Shown here piece after piece: positions 25,766-32,065 of a DNA stretch of 32,065 bases. The notes beneath the pieces are model-generated. The model was not told where the DNA came from. It ran no database searches and saw only the letters and a list, made by a program, of their open reading frames with translations. The stretch is from a virus. Lineage: Duplodnaviria > Caudoviricetes. The stretch lies in the IMG/VR virus record IMGVR_UViG_3300012940_000070, positions 1 to 32,065 of that record, one strand, 5' to 3'. Made by a program: the position numbers and the translations under genes. Positions within the stretch are counted from its first letter, which is position 1; each line of letters begins with the position of its first letter.

Positions 25766-26250
25766 TGTATGGCCCCCATAAACTCATCGGCTGTCAAAGC
25801 GCCTTTGAGGGCATTGCAGGTGGCACACGCAACGCAGAGGTTTTCGAGCTCGTGCCTGCCCCCGCGCGACCAAGGAAAGACGTGGTCGATCTGGAAAGGG
25901 CCTTCTTCGGTGCCGCAGTAGGTACACCTGTGGCCGTCGCGCTGATAGACAGCAGAGCGAAGGCGGCGAGGGATCGCGCGCTTACGGTCCAGCCCTTGAA
26001 CTCGCTCAAATGAGGCGTATCCGCTCGCGTCCACATCAAAGAGCGATAGGAGCCTGTCCCTACTCTCTTCCCACTGCTCAGGCGACAGGCGGGCGTACCG
26101 CTGAATAAGCCGCTCGTCATCGGGGAGGCCGCCGTCCTTCCAGTATCGCATGATGAGCAGCAGATACGCGCCATGCTCGCTCGCGGTCAGGTGCCCCGTG
26201 TCGGCCATGTAGTCATCGATGGAGAGGGGCATCCAGGCGCGGTTGCTCAT
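25762..26250 (-). CDS. DUF1376 N-domain fused to HNH endonuclease
   Basis: WMPL..DDY.ADT.HL...EHGAY N-terminus; RDGHRCTYCG...DHVFP.SRGG...NL..AC..CN..KG. Confidence 0.88.
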   Translation of the reverse strand: MSNRAWMPLSIDDYMADTGHLTASEHGAYLLLIMRYWKDGGLPDDERLIQRYARLSPEQWEESRDRLLSLFDVDASGYASFERVQGLDRKRAIPRRLRSAVYQRDGHRCTYCGTEEGPFQIDHVFPWSRGGRHELENLCVACATCNALKGALTADEFMGAIQ

Positions 26251-26558
26251 GACTGCACCCACACCATCCGGCGCCCGGCTCTACCGCTGCCCCCGTCGAT
26301 GCGAAGCCCGACCGACTGCAACTTTGGCCGGAGCCGGGCGATGAGCCCGTTCACTGAGCTTTCCGCAGTATCAGGGCCGCCGTTGGGGTCATCGGCATAG
26401 ACTGAGTTCACAATGTCTGCAGTCTGGACCCAAGCGCCGAAATGCCTCGCGAAGTAATCGAAGATGCGCCGCTCGGTCGGCGTCACCGCGATATATTCAA
26501 CCAACACTCGTGGATTCAGATCACGGCTCGTCGCGCCGCAGCATGGGCATGTGGTCAT
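26247..26558 (-). CDS. Winged-helix DNA-binding protein (OmpR C-terminal-like) with CPCC motif
   Basis: TPTERRIF...VY.DDPNGGP...V...IARLR.KL. Confidence 0.75.
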   Translation of the reverse strand: MTTCPCCGATSRDLNPRVLVEYIAVTPTERRIFDYFARHFGAWVQTADIVNSVYADDPNGGPDTAESSVNGLIARLRPKLQSVGLRIDGGSGRAGRRMVWVQS

Positions 26559-26977
26559 GACGCCACCCCAGCGCGCAGTCGTTCTTCGTGCCGCCTAATC
26601 GCATGGATGACCGTTGTGTGGTCCCGACCACCAAGCCGGTGACCGATCTGGCTGGTGGTTAGCTGCGTCTCCCGGCGCATGCGCCAAGCCGCCTCCTGCC
26701 GGGCGACATAGGCCGGCTTGTCGCGCCGATGGCTCTGGATATCGATGACCGAGACGCCGTGCTTAAGTGCCACCTGTTCGAGAATGGCCTTGTAGTGCGG
26801 ATCCGGCATTTTCCTTACCGGCGTTGAAGCAAGGAACAGGAAGTCCCTCACTCGTATCTTCCGCGGCTTGGGTAGAAGGATTGGCGTCTTGGGGGCCGCG
26901 CTTGGCCTTCCGTTGAGCCTCTGGCGGACTGCAGCGTAGTGAGCAGCTTGCCCAGCAGCGGTCGAAAGATCGATCAT
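26555..26977 (-). CDS. DnaA C-terminal HTH domain protein
   Basis: ARQEA...QIG..LGGRDHTTVIHAIR is the DnaA domain IV signature. Confidence 0.88.
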   Translation of the reverse strand: MIDLSTAAGQAAHYAAVRQRLNGRPSAAPKTPILLPKPRKIRVRDFLFLASTPVRKMPDPHYKAILEQVALKHGVSVIDIQSHRRDKPAYVARQEAAWRMRRETQLTTSQIGHRLGGRDHTTVIHAIRRHEERLRAGVAS

Positions 26978-27135
26978 TGCTTGCCCTCCCTCCGCTCGCG
27001 CTCAAGATTGGCGTGGAGTGCAATTGACCGCTTGATGCGCAAGCGCTCCTGGGGCCCGTGCTTGTCGCGAACCGCCTTCGGCAACTTGATGTTCTCGGGA
27101 CGAAATCCCTTATGCCCCGCCAATGCGTTGCCCAT
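26974..27135 (-). CDS. Small basic hypothetical protein (53 aa, not in ORF track)
   Basis: GAGGG RBS; MGNALAGHKGF...; ATGA coupling to the DnaA-HTH gene. Confidence 0.5.
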   Translation of the reverse strand: MGNALAGHKGFRPENIKLPKAVRDKHGPQERLRIKRSIALHANLERERREGKQ

Positions 27136-27174
27136 GGTCTACCCTCTGTGGTTTTCCGACCGGAGATAGAAAGG

Positions 27175-27224
27175 CCCGTTCTGCCTATCTCTGCCGCCGG
27201 TACGATGTGCGGCTAGGCCGCGTT
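27175..27224 (+). repeat. Copy B of the ~50-nt inverted repeat (partner 23228-23276)
   Basis: CCCGTTCTGCCTATCTCTGCC...ATGTGCGGCTAGGCCGCGTT matches the reverse complement of copy A; intergenic. Confidence 0.85.
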
Positions 27225-27232
27225 AATTTCAG

Positions 27233-27685
27233 TCAGTCTCGATTTCCCGAGCTGCGGCGCGAAGCGCTTCCGTTCGATCGATTTCCATCTGAGCCTTGGC
27301 GCCATGACGCTCCGCCGCCTGTCGCCATCGTGTCGCTAGCCAACGCCGCCATGACAAAGGCAAGCTGTGCTTCAAGCTCAGCAACACGCTTCGCCAAGGC
27401 CCGATCTGCTTCCTCACGGGCTTTCTCCTCTTCTGCGCCGATAAGCGATTTGATCGCTTCAACCTCTTGCTGGCGAGGCGAAAGAGATTCCTCGCCGTCC
27501 CAATAGGATCGGACGCGCCGTACTTTCATGTTCAGCAGCGAGGCGATTTTCGCCTTGCGCCATTCGTGGTTCATCGTTGGCCAGCGCTTCACGGCATAAG
27601 CGCGAAGGTCCTCAGCAAGAGCAGCGGTCACGTCGCGCTCCTTTTTGGCAAACTTTGACAACTGGTTGGCATCCCTTCGGTGCAT
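27233..27685 (-). CDS. Putative regulatory protein (CII-like position; HTH-like plus coiled coil)
   Basis: IASLLNMKVRRVRSYW followed by RVAELEAQL. Confidence 0.6.
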   Translation of the reverse strand: MHRRDANQLSKFAKKERDVTAALAEDLRAYAVKRWPTMNHEWRKAKIASLLNMKVRRVRSYWDGEESLSPRQQEVEAIKSLIGAEEEKAREEADRALAKRVAELEAQLAFVMAALASDTMATGGGASWRQGSDGNRSNGSASRRSSGNRD

Positions 27686-27729
27686 GGTTGCTCTCGAAGG
27701 AAGCGACCTAGCTTGGAAAGGAACGAGAC

Positions 27730-28017
27730 ATGGCTGAACTGCTCGGGAAGGCTTTGGCGAGCGTGTTTGAGCAGTTGGCCGAGGAATGCCGCGCCAGGGC
27801 TTTGGAAACCGAGGCGCGCCTGGAAAAAGAAACGGCGGGGCGCAAACCTGCGCTCAACGCCGAGTTGCCGCGTCACACCCGGAGGGAGGAAAACCGGGAG
27901 CCGTACCGTGTCGCGGGGGAACTGAAACTCGTCTGGACGGACATGAGGCAGGCAGCGGAAACTACGCGCAAGAGTCCCCGGCGCGCCGCTGCCTCCCTGA
28001 TGCTCGTTACGCGTTAG
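27730..28017 (+). CDS. Hypothetical protein, antisense to the early operon
   Basis: AAGGA RBS before ATG; lies in a gap of the minus-strand gene chain. Confidence 0.35.
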   Translation: MAELLGKALASVFEQLAEECRARALETEARLEKETAGRKPALNAELPRHTRREENREPYRVAGELKLVWTDMRQAAETTRKSPRRAAASLMLVTR

Positions 28018-28022
28018 GACCA

Positions 28023-28112
28023 TCAGAACCCTCCGATGGCCCAAAGAATGGCGGCGATGCCAGCCGTGCCGAGAAGGCCATAGGCAAGCGAAATCACCAA
28101 ACGATCGCTCAT
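28023..28112 (-). CDS. Membrane micro-peptide (29 aa)
   Basis: MSDRLVISLAYGLLGTAGIAAILWAIGGF; ATGA coupling. Confidence 0.5.
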   Translation of the reverse strand: MSDRLVISLAYGLLGTAGIAAILWAIGGF

Positions 28113-28210
28113 GGCAGCCATCCGACAAACTGGAGCCATAGGACGAGCGGGCCACCAGCTACGGCAACGACAAGCAGCAGGGCGCCAATCAATGCATTCT
28201 CGCGCGTCAT
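28109..28210 (-). CDS. Membrane micro-peptide (33 aa)
   Basis: MTRENALIGALLLVVAVAGGPLVLWLQFVGWLP; GAGGTG RBS, ATGA coupling on both sides. Confidence 0.55.
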   Translation of the reverse strand: MTRENALIGALLLVVAVAGGPLVLWLQFVGWLP

Positions 28211-29073
28211 GCGCTCACCTCGTTCTTGGAGTTCCACTCTCTTTCGCAGGTGAAGCAGCGCTTCGTTCGGCTGCCAGCGCATGCATCCAAGTTCTTGCAA
28301 CCGGGCATGCGCTCGAGGCCGCTGGAACTGCGGGGAGCAGAGTTGTTGAGGGGAGCAGCGGGAGTGGGCTGGGGGTTGCTGCTCCCCTCACCTGCCAGCG
28401 AGATTTGGGGGCTCGTGCTGGCGGGATAGGAATTGGTGAGGACAGGCGCTGCTCCACCGGCGGCTTCAACATCACGCCCGTCCTCTGCGGAGGCCTTTTC
28501 AGGTTCCGCGCTCTGAACAGCCGTTTCCGGCTGAATGGGGTGCTGGCCTTCGTCGCCCTCCGTGCCAGCGAAAGAGACGCCAAGGGCCATTGTGGCGTCG
28601 CCCTGCGACTGCTTAGCCGTTTCCGGCTGGGGTTCGTGAACTTGGTGGGGTTCGGCCTCGCCACGGGACACCGCGAGCGCTTCCGCCATGCCCTCGATGA
28701 TTTGCGCTCCAGCAGAGGTGGTGACATCTTCGCCAGTTTCCGGGTCGAAACCCGCAGGAACGCTGGAGTTATGGATGGTGGTCTCGGCGGCAGGAAAATT
28801 TTGTTCGTTCATATTCGCCAAGCCGAGCAGCCCGGCGTAGGTCGTAGCGTAGTCAGCCTTGTCGAGGATTTTGCGGACGCGCTTGCCGTCTCCGGCTTCG
28901 TCGCGTTCGTCCTGAACCTGGGCTTTGATAAGGGCCTTGAGCGCAGACCAGTCGCCACCCTGAGCGGTCACAACCTCGCGGAGCGCGGCAATCTGGTCGG
29001 CATCGTCAAGCTGGCGCTCGATAATGGGGCGCGCTTCGGCAACGATCTGCTTGAGGGCGTGAGAGGAAAGCAT
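28207..29073 (-). CDS. Divergent GapR/DUF2312-like N-domain, disordered linker and C-terminal 4-Cys cluster
   Basis: L..IV...IIE...D.I...G.D...LK.LI...Y..LLG pattern; FDPETGE; C-x4-C-x7-CxxC. Confidence 0.65.
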   Translation of the reverse strand: MLSSHALKQIVAEARPIIERQLDDADQIAALREVVTAQGGDWSALKALIKAQVQDERDEAGDGKRVRKILDKADYATTYAGLLGLANMNEQNFPAAETTIHNSSVPAGFDPETGEDVTTSAGAQIIEGMAEALAVSRGEAEPHQVHEPQPETAKQSQGDATMALGVSFAGTEGDEGQHPIQPETAVQSAEPEKASAEDGRDVEAAGGAAPVLTNSYPASTSPQISLAGEGSSNPQPTPAAPLNNSAPRSSSGLERMPGCKNLDACAGSRTKRCFTCEREWNSKNEVSA

Positions 29074-29535
29074 CTAGGCCGCCCTCACAACGAAAGCAGG
29101 CCCATCAGTTCTAACCTGTTCAATTCTCGCGAGCGTTTCGTCGTTGAGGTTAAACCACTCTCCAGATCGCCTGTGGTCGGCGAAGCACGCGTGGTACCAG
29201 CCTTCAAGTGCGAAGATCCCCGGAAAGCTAAGAAGAAGCTCAGCCGGCTCACCAACGATGGAGGACAGCGTTTTCATCCGTTGACCAACGCAACCGCTGA
29301 TGCCGATCTTGAGGAGCCCTGCCCCACGAAAGGCGACAAAATAGACCGACAAATCGCGCTCGGCTTGCTCGGCCGCCCGGACCTTCAATCCAAGCAGCGT
29401 CTTATCCACTCCGGCCTCAACTGCTTCCGCATAAACTTCGCGGATGTCGGCCTTGATCGCCCTCTCCTCTTCCTTGAGGCGAAGGATGCGATCAACGAAC
29501 GAGGCGATCTGGTCTTCGGCTACGCTCTCGGTCAT
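29074..29535 (-). CDS. GapR/DUF2312 N-domain fused to GIY-YIG (T5orf172-like) nuclease domain
   Basis: VAEDQIASFVDRILRLKEEERAIKADIREVYAEA...G.D then VYFV...KIGIS...R..L...E...H..F...R..GEWF. Confidence 0.82.
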   Translation of the reverse strand: MTESVAEDQIASFVDRILRLKEEERAIKADIREVYAEAVEAGVDKTLLGLKVRAAEQAERDLSVYFVAFRGAGLLKIGISGCVGQRMKTLSSIVGEPAELLLSFPGIFALEGWYHACFADHRRSGEWFNLNDETLARIEQVRTDGPAFVVRAA

Positions 29536-29717
29536 GCTGCGGCCTCGGTCTTGGCGGCCGCCAACATTCCCATAAGCTTACGAGCTGGTCCGGACGGGCG
29601 GCTCTTCCGGGTTTCCCAGTTCGATACCGTCCCCTGGTCAACTCCAAAGCGCCCAGCGAACTCTGCCTGCGTTTCACCCAGATGCTCGCGAAGAGCTTTG
29701 ACATCGATCTCGGACAT
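29532..29717 (-). CDS. cro: Cro-like XRE HTH repressor
   Basis: LREHLGETQAEFAGRFGVDQGTVSNWE; divergent from cI. Confidence 0.88.
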   Translation of the reverse strand: MSEIDVKALREHLGETQAEFAGRFGVDQGTVSNWETRKSRPSGPARKLMGMLAAAKTEAAA

Positions 29718-29723
29718 TGCATG

Positions 29724-29752
29724 ATTATGGGAAACTCATAACTCAATGTCAA
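29724..29752 (-). promoter_or_regulatory. PR-like early promoter (leaderless cro mRNA)
   Basis: TTGACA-N17-CATAAT; predicted +1 falls at the cro ATG. Confidence 0.75.
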
Positions 29753-29786
29753 TGAGTTTCTCATAATGATTTCTGGCAAACTCATA
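29726..29786. promoter_or_regulatory. Three OR-like operators
   Basis: TATGGGAAACTCATA (29726), AATGAGTTTCTCATA (29751), TCTGGCAAACTCATA (29772); consensus TATGAG-N3-CTCATA. Confidence 0.8.
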
Positions 29787-29789
29787 GTC

Positions 29790-30461
29790 ATGAGCGAATT
29801 GTCAGATCGTCTTATGAAGGCGCGTATTTACGCTGGGTTCTTAACGGTCCAGGAGGCCGTTGACGCCCTTGGTGTGAAATACCCCACCTACGCAGGGCAT
29901 GAGAACGGCGCTTCTGGATTCAAGGCGCCAACCGGCGAAGTCTACGCCAAGAAGTTCAAGGTCAATTTCGATTGGCTAATGACTGGGCGCGGCCCAATGG
30001 TTCCGGATGGCGAAAGAACCGTCCCAATCGTCGGCTACGCTGGCGCAGGGCCAGACGGATCGGTACTATACGCCGAAGGGGACGGGAATTTTGGAGAAAC
30101 GATCGCCCCAATAGACGCGCCAGATACAACGGAAGCGCTGGAGGTAAGGGGGAACTCCATGCATGGCCTGGCGAATGATGGATGGCTGCTCTTCTACGAT
30201 GACAAAACAGCTCCGGCATCCGAGCACATGGGGGAGCCGTGTGTTTGCTGGTTGTCAGATGGTCGTGTGCTTGTGAAGATTCCTCAGCCCACAAGAGATC
30301 CAGGGCTGTTCCATCTTGAAAGCGTGAATGCCCCGACCATGAGAGATATTCCGGTCGACGCGATGGCGTTGATTACTGATATCAAGACCCGCGCTGCAGC
30401 AAAGCGTTACATCCGCCGGCATCCCAATATCCCCATTGCCGACGTCGTGGTGTCTCGATGA
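29790..30461 (+). CDS. cI: CI repressor (XRE HTH plus S24 peptidase)
   Basis: HTH ending DWLMTGRG; VPIVGYAGAG cleavage region, catalytic VRGNSM and LVK. Confidence 0.92.
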   Translation: MSELSDRLMKARIYAGFLTVQEAVDALGVKYPTYAGHENGASGFKAPTGEVYAKKFKVNFDWLMTGRGPMVPDGERTVPIVGYAGAGPDGSVLYAEGDGNFGETIAPIDAPDTTEALEVRGNSMHGLANDGWLLFYDDKTAPASEHMGEPCVCWLSDGRVLVKIPQPTRDPGLFHLESVNAPTMRDIPVDAMALITDIKTRAAAKRYIRRHPNIPIADVVVSR

Positions 30462-30571
30462 CCACTCCCACCAAGCTCATCGTCCTCGTTGCTTTCCTCC
30501 GCGACGAAGAAGGCGAACTACACCCAGCAGAGATCCTGTTTCAGGATGGCGAAACGCCGGAGATGGAGTGA
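30458..30571 (+). CDS. 37-aa ORF, possibly an internally deleted remnant
   Basis: ATGA coupling to cI; MTTPTKLIVLVAFLRDEEGELHPAEILFQDGETPEME. Confidence 0.4.
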   Translation: MTTPTKLIVLVAFLRDEEGELHPAEILFQDGETPEME

Positions 30572-30577
30572 AGAGGT

Positions 30578-30961
30578 TTGGAAGCTTTTTGGCAAACGCT
30601 GCTGCCCGGCCTAATAATAATCTCAGTCGCTGGGGCCGCCTTTCTCGCCTACCATGACCCCAGGATATTCCTAAGCATCTCCCAGCGCCTTGCGGTGCTA
30701 TTAATGGGCTCCGCCATGTTCGTTATGCTTGGTTTCGCCGTATATCAATTTGGCTGGTATAGCGGGATCAACGGCGCTAGAGATTTGACCGAGGGGCTCA
30801 TTAACGAGCCCACGCTTGACATTAACACACCGATATTGATTTCCGCCTGCCTCTTCGCTGGCGCGATATATGTGTTCTTCTTGAACTTCATATCGCAGGC
30901 GCGCGCTAGCCACGTAACCGGAAGCGAGCCACGCGGCCCCGATGACGGTCCAAAACCCTAG
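30578..30961 (+). CDS. Three-TM membrane protein co-transcribed with cI
   Basis: GAGG RBS before TTG; three hydrophobic helices; AT-richer DNA. Confidence 0.65.
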   Translation: MEAFWQTLLPGLIIISVAGAAFLAYHDPRIFLSISQRLAVLLMGSAMFVMLGFAVYQFGWYSGINGARDLTEGLINEPTLDINTPILISACLFAGAIYVFFLNFISQARASHVTGSEPRGPDDGPKP

Positions 30962-30981
30962 GCCAGGCAGCTTCATCATTT

Positions 30982-31008
30982 AACCCCGCTTCGGCGGGGT
31001 TTTGTTTT
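30982..31008 (+). terminator. Terminator of the cI operon
   Basis: AACCCCGC-ttcg-GCGGGGTT followed by TTTGTTTT. Confidence 0.85.
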
Positions 31009-31091
31009 GCCCGCCCTCTTTCAAGCATCACTGCGGTGACAGCCTGTTGTAGCAGGTCGATTCGCTGGCCGCCATCCTCACCGCCACATTT

Positions 31092-31142
31092 TATGACTTT
31101 CTCATAATTTCTGTTGACATCAGATTATGAGTTTCTCATACT
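31092..31142 (+). promoter_or_regulatory. PL-like promoter with two OL-like operators
   Basis: TTGACA(31114)-N17-CATACT; TATGACTTTCTCATA (31092) and TATGAGTTTCTCATA (31126). Confidence 0.82.
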
Positions 31143-31169
31143 CATTCCATCAAACTGATGGAGCCGCAA

Positions 31170-31556
31170 ATGGATGCCGTTGAAAGAGCAATCGCCGCGA
31201 TAGAGGCCAAGGGCCGCGAAGATGCGATCCGGATCGCTGCAGACAAGGCGCGCGAAATCACGCTCACCGTCGATCTCACCTTTCGTGGCGATGTCCTCAA
31301 GGTCGAAGTGCGCGGCATCCCGCCCTTCGCTGCGGTGCGCTCCTTTGGTCCCCTGACCGGCACTCCTGGTTGGACCGTTCTCGGCCGCAAGTACACCTTT
31401 GATGGCCTTGAGCACACCTACACAAGGGCATGGGACAGGCACGGCGAGCGCTTCGCTGGCCTGCCGCTGCTCCGGGCCCACGAGGCTTCTGCGCTCGCGG
31501 ACAAGCTCAACGCGGCACATGCCGCCCTTCCCCTCGAACATGATGAGGCCGCATGA
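31170..31556 (+). CDS. Hypothetical early protein
   Basis: GGAG RBS before ATG 31170; first gene after PL. Confidence 0.65.
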   Translation: MDAVERAIAAIEAKGREDAIRIAADKAREITLTVDLTFRGDVLKVEVRGIPPFAAVRSFGPLTGTPGWTVLGRKYTFDGLEHTYTRAWDRHGERFAGLPLLRAHEASALADKLNAAHAALPLEHDEAA

Positions 31557-32065
31557 TGGCTAAGAAGACCAAGACCACCGATGTCCAAACCGGACCCGTC
31601 ATCGCCTACAAGGGCTTTGACAAAAATCTGGTCTGCAACCCTAGCGGAACGCCGTTCCAGTTCGAGCTTGGCAAGACATATTCGGTAGATGGCGAGGTTC
31701 GTGCGTGCCGTAACGGCTTTCACGCCTGCGAGCACCCCACATCGGTACTGCAGTACTATCCAGCGATCGACGGTACTCGGTACTGCCAGGTCGAATTGTC
31801 AGGCGACCTAGACGTTGATGGCGACAAAACCGCCGCACGCACTATCAAGGTCGTTCGCGAGCTCTCGTTGACCGAACTAATCAACGAGGCTGTCGCATTC
31901 ACGGTCGCGCGCGCCAAAATCGAGGAAGGCGCCACCGCATCTGGCACTCGGGGCGCGGCCACCGCATCTGGCTATCAGGGCGCGGCCACCGCATCTGGCG
32001 ATCAGGGCGCGGCCACCGCATCTGGCTATCAGGGCGCGGCCACCGCATCTGGCTATCAGGGCGCG
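31553..32065 (+). CDS. Phage early protein (AYKGFD...GFHAC domain) with 9-aa repeats, truncated by window
   Basis: MAKKTK...IAYKGFDKNLVC...FQFELGKTY...CRNGFHACEHP...YYP then (GAATASGYQ)n; ATGA coupling. Confidence 0.82.
   Translation, partial: MMAKKTKTTDVQTGPVIAYKGFDKNLVCNPSGTPFQFELGKTYSVDGEVRACRNGFHACEHPTSVLQYYPAIDGTRYCQVELSGDLDVDGDKTAARTIKVVRELSLTELINEAVAFTVARAKIEEGATASGTRGAATASGYQGAATASGDQGAATASGYQGAATASGYQGA
31931..32065 (+). repeat. 27-bp in-frame tandem repeat, at least 5 units
   Basis: GCCACCGCATCTGGC-N6-GGCGCG at 31931, 31958, 31985, 32012, 32039. Confidence 0.95.

Larger units (their letters stand above)
160..32065. mobile_element. Temperate podovirus-like prophage (left boundary approximate; continues past right end)
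   Basis: Contiguous lysis, tail, ejection, head, packaging, replication and cI/cro modules adjacent to host serC. Confidence 0.93.

Noticed and set aside
23738-26250. Type II restriction-modification pair (MTase plus HNH)
   Set aside because: Genes are separated by replication genes and the HNH is fused to an initiator domain; orphan MTases are routine at this position
28111-29724. 537-aa plus-strand ORF
   Set aside because: Antisense shadow of cro and the GapR-like genes, which have clear motifs
31931-32065. CRISPR-like array
   Set aside because: Variable part is only 6 nt and the repeat is in frame inside a CDS; no cas genes

Overview
Most of a temperate podovirus-like prophage (P22-like gene order) in an alphaproteobacterial, probably Hyphomicrobiales/Rhizobiales, chromosome. 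The first ~150 bp are host DNA: the start of serC (minus strand) with its structured leader and promoter. Next come a small LexA-box-preceded cassette (+) and then, on the minus strand, lysis genes, tail fibre, ejection proteins, tail, capsid, scaffold, portal, terminase, a putative late regulator, a C5 methyltransferase, the replication module and cro. After these lie cI (+) with five operators and the start of the other early operon, which runs off the window. No integrase is in the window. Main findings: (1) a ~50-nt complementary pair linking the early transcript to an attenuator-like leader of the late regulator, a candidate RNA-RNA switch; (2) two cases of an endonuclease fused to a paralogous copy of the next gene's N-terminal domain (DUF1376-HNH, GapR-GIY-YIG); (3) a methyltransferase apparently split over two overlapping frames; (4) a Rap1a-like immunity gene inserted antisense beside the virion lysozyme. 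All family assignments come from motif recognition by eye, not database searches.
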